From: Synechococcus sp.
GTDB lineage: Bacteria > Cyanobacteriota > Cyanobacteriia > PCC-6307 > Cyanobiaceae
Direction of reading: 5' to 3'
NCBI GenBank assembly: GCA_047285805.1
Contig: JBJBCN010000002.1
Location: 640,001-704,000, forward strand
DNA length: 64,000 bases
Shown here: positions 10,128 to 19,366 of the stretch, one piece after another
Layout: every line of letters begins with the position of its first letter
Position numbering within the stretch: the first letter of the stretch is position 1
The notes under the pieces: generated by a model
Database searches by the model: none
Told to the model about the DNA's origin: nothing
The model's input: only the letters and a program-made list of their open reading frames with translations
Program-made: the position numbers and the translations under genes

Positions 10128-10310
10128 ATGATTTCGCCCTTCTTTGCTTGCGCTGAGTCCGGTTCTCCTGCCCAAATGCGGCGACGGCACCAGGAGCGCA
10201 AGCACCAAATGCTGATCTTCTGGCGCGATGGTCTTGAGCGTCAGTTGGCGGCGATCAACGCCGCCCTGAGCACCCTTGAACGTCAGATGAAGGATTCAAC
10301 TGAGTCCTGA
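10128..10310 (+). CDS. Small coiled-coil hypothetical protein
   Basis: 60 aa, ERKHQMLIFWRDGLERQLAAINAALSTLERQM; resembles small picocyanobacterial conserved proteins (from recall). Confidence 0.7.
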   Translation: MISPFFACAESGSPAQMRRRHQERKHQMLIFWRDGLERQLAAINAALSTLERQMKDSTES

Positions 10311-10650
10311 GCCGGCTATCACCAGGTGAAGCCTGCTCCCGACTGAGTCCGCACTGATGTCCAAAGCGTGGCCCGTTCGGCAGATGCTGAACCTCTCCAT
10401 GAACATCAGCTCGACAACCTCGCGGTGCCGTTTCAGGAATATATTCCAACCATTGCGAGGCGCCCAATCGAGGGGCCGGCCTTCGTTTTCAACGTTGGGG
10501 GGGTCAGCACAGTCTGGGCTCTCAAGCAGTCGCATCCTCATGAGATGCTCTGCCTCTTCCATGGCCATCACGCTGGCTTCATTCCAGCCCATCACCGCAC
10601 CGAGCGCCTGCCGAATCAGTGTGCTTGCTTCTGTTTCACGTTTTAGTCAT
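10296..10650 (-). pseudogene. Sigma-70 region-4-like small HTH protein with apparent 1-nt insertion near the start
   Basis: AGGAG-N5-ATG at 10650 reads ATG ACT AAA ACG TGA. Removing one A joins it to ORF 10296..10595, whose C-terminus is region-4-like. Confidence 0.5.
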
Positions 10651-11003
10651 CTGAACTCCTCTAGCCGGTCCTGTGTTCAGCCAGGCAAAACACCATCTCG
10701 CCCTTGTCCCTGAGGTAGCGAAGGATCGCCCCACGGATGAACGGTTTCACGTAGCCCCTGGGGTTTGTCGTGGTGGCGTTAGCTCGCCTGGTATGGCCTC
10801 AAGAAACCAATCCATCCCTCCTGGGTGAGGTCATCGATCGACTCACGGAAACTCTTTGCGTAGTGCAAGCCCGTGGCTTGAACGAGAACGCGATGGCGTT
10901 CCAGTTCAGCCTTCAGCAAGATCGTGGATCTGTGTGTCTCCATGGCCGACCGACTGACTGGCTCCAGCGATGTGCGGCGGACACGGTTCCGTCATCCGAG
11001 AAT

Positions 11004-11843
11004 TCACGGAGGTACGGCGACGGATTGCAGCAAAGCCAAGGGGCCGTTGGAGCTCAGCCAGGAGCCATCCGAGCTTTCCGTCAGCAGCAGGTATCCCGCA
11101 AAACCCAGGGCATTGACGCTGAACCCGGCTGAGTGTTCCTTGACACGAGAGACGGTCATGAACCAGTCCGGACTGATCAGGAGGTTGTAGGGGGCCAGAG
11201 GCCGCTCCGCAGTGCGTGCAGCCCCAAGGCCCAACTCAGCGGAGTGCGCCTTGTAGAGCTCCTCCAGCTCTTGCGAGACACCTGGGCCTTGACGCTGTGT
11301 ACGCCGGCTGATCCGATAACGCCACGGCCAGCGTCCCTCATCGCCAGAGAGTTGAGCCGCGATCGAGGTGTGCAGAGGGCAGATCGTTTCGTTTAGCTGC
11401 CGAGGCAGCAACTGCAGGTGACGGTGCGGTTGGCTTGCTCCAGCTTCGGCGCAGCTGTTGAAAAACCAAAGCCCTGGTGTCTCGGCATCAACAAGCGCCA
11501 ACTGCAGCCAATCACTCGGCTCAAGCCATCCGGACTGGGGTCGCCACTGCTGGGTAATCAACAGCAGGTGACCGCGCTGAACTGGGAACTTATTGAGCAA
11601 CAAGAGATGGGAGCTTCCGAGACGCTCCACCTCCAGGCGCTGATCCCAAGGCAGAAAGGGATTCGGTTTGGGGCCTTCACGCCGCAGGTGCTTGGGGGTG
11701 GCGGAGATCAAGCGACGCAGTACGAAGGGCTCGCAGCTCTCGATGGGCTCGAGTGCCGTTTGCAGGGGGACAAGGGCGCCATTGGCCTCGGCCACGTCGC
11801 TGCACTGCAGCGCTGCCGTCCCGTAGCGACCAAGACAGCCCAT
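11004..11843 (-). CDS. ATP adenylyltransferase / Ap4A phosphorylase (Apa2-like)
   Basis: NPFLPWD, LLNKFPVQRGHLLLIT, FFNS..AGASQPHRHLQ (HxHxQ), SVNALGFAG. Confidence 0.88.
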   Translation of the reverse strand: MGCLGRYGTAALQCSDVAEANGALVPLQTALEPIESCEPFVLRRLISATPKHLRREGPKPNPFLPWDQRLEVERLGSSHLLLLNKFPVQRGHLLLITQQWRPQSGWLEPSDWLQLALVDAETPGLWFFNSCAEAGASQPHRHLQLLPRQLNETICPLHTSIAAQLSGDEGRWPWRYRISRRTQRQGPGVSQELEELYKAHSAELGLGAARTAERPLAPYNLLISPDWFMTVSRVKEHSAGFSVNALGFAGYLLLTESSDGSWLSSNGPLALLQSVAVPP

Positions 11844-11875
11844 CTCCTCGCCTTTGCGCAGCTCTGATTCAAGCG

Positions 11876-12787
11876 TCACTCCGCGCTCATCCTGCAGACC
11901 CCCCACGCGTCGGGATTATGGCCTGGGGAACCAGCCTGAATGTGCCCGTCCCAGAGTGCGTGACCCGTGCCGCTTAACTGCACTTGATAGCCCTCAAGGA
12001 CCTCACAGCGCATGCCACCACTACGCCGTGACGGCTGCCAGCCATGCAGCGTTCGTTTGCTGAGCTGATCGGCCCACCAGGGCGCTACCAGGGCGTGGGC
12101 TGAACCCGTCACCGGGTCCTCATCGATGCCGAGTCCCGGTGCAAAGAAACGCAGTTGGTAGTCACAGGGGTGGCCAAAGAGGCGCTGTGGACGGTCACCG
12201 GCAAGGGCTTGCATAACAACCAGACCATGACGGTCTGGACCTTGGAGGCGTTCACTCACCCCCGTCAGTGTCGCCAGGGATTGGTCCTCTCCAATGAGGA
12301 CCACCCGATAGCCCAATGTGGACTTCCAATAGCCCTGGGCCTTGCCATTCAGCACCCCAGCTAGGTAGCTCGGGAATGTCTCTGTCACCAGGGGTTCGCT
12401 GGGAAGAACGAAAGACGCCGCCCCCTTGGTTGATGGGTCGACAGAAACCCGAAGGCCGCCACTGCGACTGGCCAGCACCAGCTCCTGGTCGGCATTCATC
12501 AGCCCCCATTGCTGCAAGGCCAAGGTGGACGCCAAGGTGGCGTGGCCACAGAGCGGCACTTCACAGGTGGGCGTAAACCAGCGCAGGCACCACTGACCGT
12601 CTGGATTCCGCCATAGGAAGGCCGTCTCGGACTGCTGCAGGCTGCCGGCAAGGGCCTGCATCCACTCCGACTGGGCCGCTTGAGTGAGTTCCACCACCGC
12701 GGCCCCATTGCCCTGCAGGGGCCCGGCCGCAAACGCCTCAATCAAGACGGCCCGCTGCTCCTGATCCCCTGAAGCCAGCTCGTCCAT
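11876..12787 (-). CDS. PhzF-family epimerase/isomerase
   Basis: GNGAAVV, SETAF, LRWFTPTCEVPLCGHATLA, RFFAPGLGIDEDPVTGSAH; likely ATG 12787 (first ~58 aa of the track ORF are the gpsA tail). Confidence 0.88.
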   Translation of the reverse strand: MDELASGDQEQRAVLIEAFAAGPLQGNGAAVVELTQAAQSEWMQALAGSLQQSETAFLWRNPDGQWCLRWFTPTCEVPLCGHATLASTLALQQWGLMNADQELVLASRSGGLRVSVDPSTKGAASFVLPSEPLVTETFPSYLAGVLNGKAQGYWKSTLGYRVVLIGEDQSLATLTGVSERLQGPDRHGLVVMQALAGDRPQRLFGHPCDYQLRFFAPGLGIDEDPVTGSAHALVAPWWADQLSKRTLHGWQPSRRSGGMRCEVLEGYQVQLSGTGHALWDGHIQAGSPGHNPDAWGVCRMSAE

Positions 12788-12799
12788 CAAGACCGATCC

Positions 12800-13710
12800 C
12801 TGCTCGCCGCGAAGACTTCGTTGCATTAAGGCATGGACGGCCTCCCTCGGACCACAGCGTCCCTCCACCAGGTCCACCAGCCGTTGGCAGATCGGTAGGT
12901 CCAAGCCGTAGCGCTCCCCGACGGCTACGAGAGCCTCCGCTCTTTTTCTGGCCTCCACCGTGGCACCCACCTGCATAAGAGCCTCAGCGCGGCCTTTACC
13001 GCTTTGGCCAGTGCCAGGCCAAAGCGGTAATTCCGGCTCAGGGGCTGTTGGCCGTGGCCCAGAGATCCCCCAGACCCGCTAGCCATACAGGCTCGCCGGC
13101 TCCTCACCGAGACGCTCCAGGACGACCGCCATCTCGGCCGTGCCTCGACAGAGGAGCGTGGCCTTTGCATGCGCCCCGAGTTGGAGCCCATCGCAGACGC
13201 CCCCGGTGATGGCCATCACGTTTTTCAAGGTTCCAGCCAGCTCGACCCCAAGCGGGTCAAAACTCTTATGTAGCCGCAAATGCGGGGAACTCAGCCCTTG
13301 CTGCAGCTGCTGAACGAGCACTGGATCACAGCCCACTAAGACGCTCGTCGCGGGACAGCCCTTGGCCAACTCATCGGCCTAGTTCGGACCGCTTAGAACT
13401 ACGACCTGCATGGTTGGCTGACTGACCAGCCAGAGCTGACTGGCCCTGCACTGGGTCTCCAAATCCAGGCCCATGCTGCAGCTGACCAGTGGCACCTGCT
13501 TTGGACATTGAGGGCCGAGTTCCTGGGCAAGTTCCATCACGCCCTGGAGAGCGGCGGCCACCAGGACCAGATCGGTCCCCTGGATCACATCAAAGGCGAC
13601 CCGCCGCTGTGACGCCTCCAGCTGCGCTCCTGATGGTCCTGGCGCTCCGCGAGATCCGCCAATGTTTGTCCCCAGGCCCCACGACCCAGGACACCAACAG
13701 CGAAGCCCAT
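12800..13710 (-). pseudogene. gpsA: NAD(P)H-dependent glycerol-3-phosphate dehydrogenase, fragmented
   Basis: Colinear pieces VGVLGRGAWGQTLA / VLSGPN*A.ELAKG / GVELAGTLKNVMAI..G.CDGLQLG / SRNYRFGLALA / GATVE..DLPIC..ALMQRSLRGE, split by a TAG (13379-13381) and several frameshifts. Confidence 0.9.
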
Positions 13711-14090
13711 CAACGGGCTGCGGTGTTGGCCTGGAGCAGCTCCAGGGGAATCACGGACAGGGTTGTGTCCTCGCACGCCTCAAGACGCACTGGCGGCGCC
13801 ATCCCGTCCTGGTAGGCCTCCAGCCAACGGGCCGCACAGACGCACCAGTGATCTCCCGGCTTGAGTCCAGGAAAGTCGTAGTCGGGCATCGGCGTCGTCA
13901 GATCGTTGCCCTGGGCCTTGGAGTAGCTCAGGAATTGCTCATTGACGACACAACACACGCTGTGGCGGCCCAGGTCCGCAGCATTGGTGCGGCAATGTCC
14001 ATCGCGAAACCAGCCGGTCATCGGATCACATCCACACTCCTGCAAGGGCTCTCCAAGAACATTCAGGGCTATGGATTCGGCGTTGCTCAT
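13710..14090 (-). CDS. DUF2237 family protein
   Basis: NVLGEPLQECGCDPMTGWFRDGHC, GNDLTTP, FPGLKPGDHWCVCAARW. Confidence 0.9.
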   Translation of the reverse strand: MSNAESIALNVLGEPLQECGCDPMTGWFRDGHCRTNAADLGRHSVCCVVNEQFLSYSKAQGNDLTTPMPDYDFPGLKPGDHWCVCAARWLEAYQDGMAPPVRLEACEDTTLSVIPLELLQANTAAR

Positions 14091-14218
14091 CGTTGGGTTC
14101 GGCCTGTTCACTGCGGAATTAGCGGCTCAATTCTGACGAAGGAGTGGCACAAAACCGTCTGGGAGGTTGACGGGATTGGGGGGGGAGGCGTTAAAGGTCA
14201 TTCAGCCAACCCCCCTAC

Positions 14219-14446
14219 ATGAGCTGGGACTTCACAGAAGACGGAGCCTTCCTGGCCCTCTGCGATGCCTTCAAGGAGAGCGGCGAGAGCTCTGCCATTG
14301 AGTTCTTGGCCAACGGCGAAGGTGCATTCCACTTCCAGGAATTGGCCCAGAATGCGGCTGGTGAAGGTGTCGATCTCTCGGATTCCTCTGATCTGGAATC
14401 GTTCCAGCAAGAGGTGATCGACACCATGGAAAACCTCTGCGGCTGA
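14219..14446 (+). CDS. Small acidic conserved hypothetical protein
   Basis: 75 aa MSWDFTEDGAFLALCDAFKESGE...; host-like codon usage, fills the gap. Confidence 0.8.
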   Translation: MSWDFTEDGAFLALCDAFKESGESSAIEFLANGEGAFHFQELAQNAAGEGVDLSDSSDLESFQQEVIDTMENLCG

Positions 14447-14447
14447 T

Positions 14448-14723
14448 TCAGCTGCCGTAGAAGAACGCCACTTCTTTGTCCTTTAGACCCTCCCAACCGG
14501 CTTCGTTGAGGCGAGCATCGAGGGTCTCTCGGTCGAAATGCTTTGACCCAGTCTTCACGACACGGTTCCTCATTGATTTTTTGACACCGCTCCGGGCCCG
14601 CTTGCTCTCAAGATCCATGACCTCGGTGTAGAGGCTCAGCATCTCCTGGGGGATCGGGCTGCCATCGAGGTCGATGCCTGAAGCGATCGCAGCATCAACT
14701 CCGCCAGGTCCAGCAATGGCCAT
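14448..14723 (-). CDS. DUF4090-like small protein
   Basis: VDAAIASGIDLDGSPIP, RARSGVKKSMRNRVV, GLKDKEVAFFY. Confidence 0.8.
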   Translation of the reverse strand: MAIAGPGGVDAAIASGIDLDGSPIPQEMLSLYTEVMDLESKRARSGVKKSMRNRVVKTGSKHFDRETLDARLNEAGWEGLKDKEVAFFYGS

Positions 14724-14749
14724 AGTTCAGGGGTGTCAGGCCCTTGACC

Positions 14750-17700
14750 CTAAGCTGAGAAATAACGGGCTTGGCTGTGCAAGGCCACAAGCGCCGTGGT
14801 GCTCTGCTCAGGCTCCAACTGGTCGCTCTCATCCATACTCAGACCGATCCGCTCACTGCCCAGCCAGCGCAGCTGCTGCCGAGAATCGGGGACGTTGGGG
14901 CAGGCCGGATAGCCAAAGGAGTAGCGACTGCCGCGATAGCGCTGGGCCAATACATCCCGTACGGGCATGTCCACTGGATCGGGGTAACCCAATTCCCGAC
15001 GGATGCGCGCGTGGACCCACTCCGCCAAGGCCTCGGCCATTTGAACGCCAAGACCATGGAAGTAGAGGTAATCGATGTACTGGTCACCCTTGAACAGTTC
15101 CTGGGCGAAGGCGGTCGCCCGCGCGCCCATCGTGACGGCTTGCATCGGCAGCACGTCTGATGCACCGCTGGCGACATCGCGGTAGAAGTCGGCGATGCAG
15201 TAGCGGTTACCCGAGCGTTGACGCGGCAGTTCAAACCGGCCCAATTCGCTCTGCGGATGCTCGGGGTCAAACACCACAAGCGCATTGCCGTCGCGGCCGC
15301 ATGGGTAGTAGCCATAGGCCACCCGGGGCGTCAACAGGTCTTCCGAGATACAGCGTTGCTTCCACTGCGCGAGGACGGGCTCCGCCTTCTCCGCCAGCAT
15401 CGCTTCGTAGTCTTCGCGGGACTGCCCTTGGGCCTTGCGGAGCTGCCACTGGCCTGCGAACAGAGCATTGCAATCGAGGAATCCGAAGACCTCCTCAATG
15501 TCAATGGCGTCCTCGAGCAGGACCTGACTACCCAAGAAGGGTGGGGTGAGAGCAGTCTCCTCCGGCACGCTCTCGGAGCGGTCCGTCGATACGGCGACGA
15601 CTGGAGTCTCCACGGAGGCTAGAGCTGAGGCCTCTTCAACGTCAGCACGCTCGTCTGTGTTGACCGCTTCGAGACCGAGGCCTTCGGGAATAGGACCGAG
15701 GAACCCCTTGTCGTTGTCCCACTGCTCCTCTGCCTTGGCCGTCACAAGGGCATCCATAAAGCGAAGATCGGAGAAGGCGTCGCGCCCATAAATGACCTGG
15801 CCGTCGTAGACCTCCCGGCAGTCCTTGTTGACGAACCGGGGGGTGAGGGCAGCCCCGCCAAGGATCACTGGGACGTTGATCCCGGCCTCGTTGAAGGCTG
15901 CGAGGTTGTCCTTCATGAAGGCTGTTGATTTCACCAACAGTCCGCTCATGGCGATGCAATCGGCCTGGTGTTCTTGCTGCGCCTCAATGATGGCTTCAAC
16001 GGGCTGTTTGATGCCCAGGTTGATCACCTCGTAGCCGTTGTTCGTGAGGATGATGTCAACCAGGTTCTTACCGATGTCATGCACGTCACCTTTGACTGTG
16101 GCAATTAGGAACTTGGCCTTGGCTGAGCTCTCACCCTCCACCTTGTCCATCAAGGGCTCGAGGAAGGCCACGGCAGACTTCATCGTCTCGGCGCTTTGCA
16201 GGACGAAAGGCAGCTGCATTTGCCCCGAGCCGAAGAGCTCGCCGACCACCTTCATGCCATCCAGCAGGAAGGTATTGATGATCTGGAGCGGCTTATAGCT
16301 CTCAAGTGCAATCTTGAGCGCATCTACCAAGCCAATGCGCTCACCATCGATGATGTGTTGCTTCAGGCGTTCCTCAATCGGCAGATCGGCCAACGACGGT
16401 CCTGAAGCCCGCGCCTCCTTCGTGGACACGCCTTCGAACAGCGTCGTGAGTTCGGTTAGGGGGTCATAAACGCAAACCCCATTGTCAAAACCCCGGCGGT
16501 CGTGAATAAGGTCGCGGCAAACCTGCTGGTGCTCCTCGCTGATCTTGATCAGCGGCAGGATCTTGGCGGGGCTGACGATCGCCGCATCCATGCCTGCCTC
16601 ACAGCAGTCATGGAGGAAGACGGAGTTGAGGACAATCCGCGCGGCAGGAGAGAGGCCAAAGCTCACGTTGCTGACACCCAGCACCACGTGAACACCAGGC
16701 AGGTTCTCGCGGATCATGCGAATCGCATTCAGTGTCGCCAGTCCGTTCTCCCGGTCTTCTTCGATTCCAGTCGAAATGGGGAGTGCCAGAGGGTCGTAGA
16801 AGATCTCGTGGGCCGGGATGCCGAATTCCAGGGCATCGCGGTAGGCCCGTTGAGCTATCGCAAATTTGCGCTCTGCCGTCCGGGCCATGCCCTCCTCATC
16901 AATGGTCCCGACAACGACACCAGCGCCGTAATCGCGAGCGAGTTCGAGCACCTTGAAGAAGCGCTCGTCGCCGTCCTCGTAGTTGGTGGAGTTGAGGATG
17001 CATTTGCCACCGGCAACCTTGAGGCCGGCCTCCATCTTTTGCCACTCCGTGGAGTCCAGCATCAGGGGAAGGTTGACGTTGGTCACCAGACGGCTCACCA
17101 ACGCGTGCATGTCCGCCTCGCCATCGCGGCCGACGTAGTCGACGTTGACGTCGAGAACGTGGGCGTTCTCCTTCACCTGGCCCCGGGCGACGGAGACCAG
17201 ACCATCCCAGTCTTCTTCTGCGAGCAACTCTCGAACCTTCTTCGAGCCACTGGCGTTGAGGCGTTCACCAATGATCAAGAAGGAGTTGTCCTGCAGATAG
17301 GGCGTGACTCCATAGATCGAGCTGGCTGAGGGCTCGTAGTGAAGGGCCGGTCGTGGGGCCGCAGGATCAAGATCCATGCCGCCGCGGACCGCGCGCTGAG
17401 CTGGCTTGAGTTCCGAGGAGAGCTCAGCCAGGGCGGCGATGTGTGCTGGCGTGGTTCCGCAACAGCCGCCGATGACTTGCACCCCGAGATCTTCAACGAA
17501 GTGCATGAGCTGCATCTTCATTTCGGTGGGGGTGAGCCGGTAATGGGCCACGCCGCCGATGTTTTCCGGTAGACCCGCGTTCGGGATGCAGCTCACCACA
17601 AACGGGCTGTGGGCTGAGAGGTAGCGAACGTGCTCCTTCATCTGCTCGGGGCCCGTCGCGCAGTTCAGGCCAAGCACATCGATAGGGAAGGGCTCAAGAA

Positions 17701-18355
17701 TCGAGACCACCGCTGCGATGTCTGAACCCACCAACATCGTGCCGGTGGTTTCCATGGTCACGCTCACCATCAAGGGCCGGCGTTGACCGGTTGCCGTGAA
17801 TGCCTGCTCGATACCCTGCAACGCCGCCTTGATCTGCAGGACGTCCTGACAGGTTTCGACAATGAAGAGGTCGACGTCTCCGGCGATCAGGCCCTCGGCC
17901 TGGCACGCGAAGGAATCGCGCATCTCGTCGAAACTGATGTGCCCCAAAGAGGGCAGCTTTGTCGTCGGCCCCATGGATCCCGCCACGAACCGTGGCTTCT
18001 CGGGCGTCGAGTAGGCGACGGCCATTTCGCGGGCAAGCTCCGCTGCCCGCTTGTTCAGCTCAAATGCTTTGTCTTGGATGTCGTACTCGGCTAGGACCGT
18101 AGAGGTCGCTCCAAAGGTGTCAGTCTCAATGACATCGCAACCGGCTTCCAGAAACTGGCGATGCACGGCCTGCACTGCATCCGGCCGGGTGAAGACCAGG
18201 TTCTCGTTGCACCCTTCGAGGGCCAGGCCACCAAAATCATCGGCGGTCAGATCCATCTGCTGCAACGAGGTTCCAGTTGCACCGTCGAACACCAACACAG
18301 GCCGCTCAGGGCTGTGCAAGCGCTCCAGGAAGCCAATGCGTTGGGTGGCAAGCAT
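14750..18355 (-). CDS. metH: Cobalamin-dependent methionine synthase
   Basis: [34 protein letters not shown]12 motif [22 protein letters not shown]; start placed at ATG 18355 to avoid overlap with ilvE. Confidence 0.97.
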   Translation of the reverse strand: MLATQRIGFLERLHSPERPVLVFDGATGTSLQQMDLTADDFGGLALEGCNENLVFTRPDAVQAVHRQFLEAGCDVIETDTFGATSTVLAEYDIQDKAFELNKRAAELAREMAVAYSTPEKPRFVAGSMGPTTKLPSLGHISFDEMRDSFACQAEGLIAGDVDLFIVETCQDVLQIKAALQGIEQAFTATGQRRPLMVSVTMETTGTMLVGSDIAAVVSILEPFPIDVLGLNCATGPEQMKEHVRYLSAHSPFVVSCIPNAGLPENIGGVAHYRLTPTEMKMQLMHFVEDLGVQVIGGCCGTTPAHIAALAELSSELKPAQRAVRGGMDLDPAAPRPALHYEPSASSIYGVTPYLQDNSFLIIGERLNASGSKKVRELLAEEDWDGLVSVARGQVKENAHVLDVNVDYVGRDGEADMHALVSRLVTNVNLPLMLDSTEWQKMEAGLKVAGGKCILNSTNYEDGDERFFKVLELARDYGAGVVVGTIDEEGMARTAERKFAIAQRAYRDALEFGIPAHEIFYDPLALPISTGIEEDRENGLATLNAIRMIRENLPGVHVVLGVSNVSFGLSPAARIVLNSVFLHDCCEAGMDAAIVSPAKILPLIKISEEHQQVCRDLIHDRRGFDNGVCVYDPLTELTTLFEGVSTKEARASGPSLADLPIEERLKQHIIDGERIGLVDALKIALESYKPLQIINTFLLDGMKVVGELFGSGQMQLPFVLQSAETMKSAVAFLEPLMDKVEGESSAKAKFLIATVKGDVHDIGKNLVDIILTNNGYEVINLGIKQPVEAIIEAQQEHQADCIAMSGLLVKSTAFMKDNLAAFNEAGINVPVILGGAALTPRFVNKDCREVYDGQVIYGRDAFSDLRFMDALVTAKAEEQWDNDKGFLGPIPEGLGLEAVNTDERADVEEASALASVETPVVAVSTDRSESVPEETALTPPFLGSQVLLEDAIDIEEVFGFLDCNALFAGQWQLRKAQGQSREDYEAMLAEKAEPVLAQWKQRCISEDLLTPRVAYGYYPCGRDGNALVVFDPEHPQSELGRFELPRQRSGNRYCIADFYRDVASGASDVLPMQAVTMGARATAFAQELFKGDQYIDYLYFHGLGVQMAEALAEWVHARIRRELGYPDPVDMPVRDVLAQRYRGSRYSFGYPACPNVPDSRQQLRWLGSERIGLSMDESDQLEPEQSTTALVALHSQARYFSA

Positions 18356-18362
18356 CAGTCGA

Positions 18363-19280
18363 TCAACCGTCGAGGCGGACGCGGCTGACCCAGTGGTCAT
18401 AGGCGGGGTCACGCCCTTCGGTGATGGCCGTGAGACGCTCGCGGATGGCATTCATCACGGGGCGCTCGGCACTGAGTTCTGTGGTTTCCACGCGACGGAT
18501 GGGCGTGACCTTGGCCGCGGTGCCGCTCAGAAAGACTTCGTCGGCGATGAACAATTCGCTCTTGTCGACAGGCCGCTCGAAGGTTGGGATGCCCATGGCT
18601 TTGGCCAGCTCCAACACGCTGGAGCGGGTGATGCCCTCCAGGATGTCCTGATCAACACCCGGAGTGATCAGGACACCGTCACGAACCAGGAAGAGGTTCA
18701 TGCCACTGGCCTCGCTCACCTTGCCTCGGCTGTTCAGGAGTAAGGCTTCGTCAAAGCCACTCTTGACGGCCTCGGTCTTAGCCAGGGAGCTCGTGATGTA
18801 GGCGCCGCTGATTTTGCCGCGCAGGGGCAAGGAGCGATCCTCTTGCCGAGTCCAGGAACTAATCCGGCAGCTCACACCTTCTGGGGAGAGGTAGTCACCA
18901 AGCTCAAGCCCGTAGATCAGAAAATCGGTCTCGATGTTGTGGAGTCGGGGGGCAATCCCCAGATCACTCGTATAAACAAAAGGGCGGAGATAGACCGGAC
19001 AGGTCGGTTTGTTGGCGCGTAGGAAGGCGAGAATCGCAGCGTGAATGGTCTCTTCGCTGAGCTCCGTCAGCAGCAGACGGGCACTCTGGCTTAAACGGCG
19101 GGCATGGCGGTCCGCTCGGAACAGAAGGATCTCGTTGGCATCCGCGGGGTTGGGGATGGCACGCATCCCGCCAAACGCACCGGTGCCGTAGTGCAGGGCA
19201 TGGGTGGCGACCGAGAGGGTGGCCTCAGCGAAAGGCACACACTTGCCACCGAACCAGGCGTAGGGCAGGAACTGATGCAT
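18363..19280 (-). CDS. ilvE: Branched-chain amino acid aminotransferase
   Basis: [44 protein letters not shown]. Confidence 0.95.
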   Translation of the reverse strand: MHQFLPYAWFGGKCVPFAEATLSVATHALHYGTGAFGGMRAIPNPADANEILLFRADRHARRLSQSARLLLTELSEETIHAAILAFLRANKPTCPVYLRPFVYTSDLGIAPRLHNIETDFLIYGLELGDYLSPEGVSCRISSWTRQEDRSLPLRGKISGAYITSSLAKTEAVKSGFDEALLLNSRGKVSEASGMNLFLVRDGVLITPGVDQDILEGITRSSVLELAKAMGIPTFERPVDKSELFIADEVFLSGTAAKVTPIRRVETTELSAERPVMNAIRERLTAITEGRDPAYDHWVSRVRLDG

Positions 19281-19366
19281 GGGGTCGGTGGGGGCGGCCA
19301 CAGCTACAGACGATCTTCTCACTGCCCGGTGACCTAGCGCGAGTGCTGACCCAGCAAGATGGTCCT

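Noticed and set aside
14167..14198. G8 tract after TTGACG as a phase-variable promoter spacer
   Set aside because: No convincing -10 box at suitable spacing
19281..19366. Cobalamin riboswitch between ilvE-metH and cobN
   Set aside because: Gap too short and no B12-box motif
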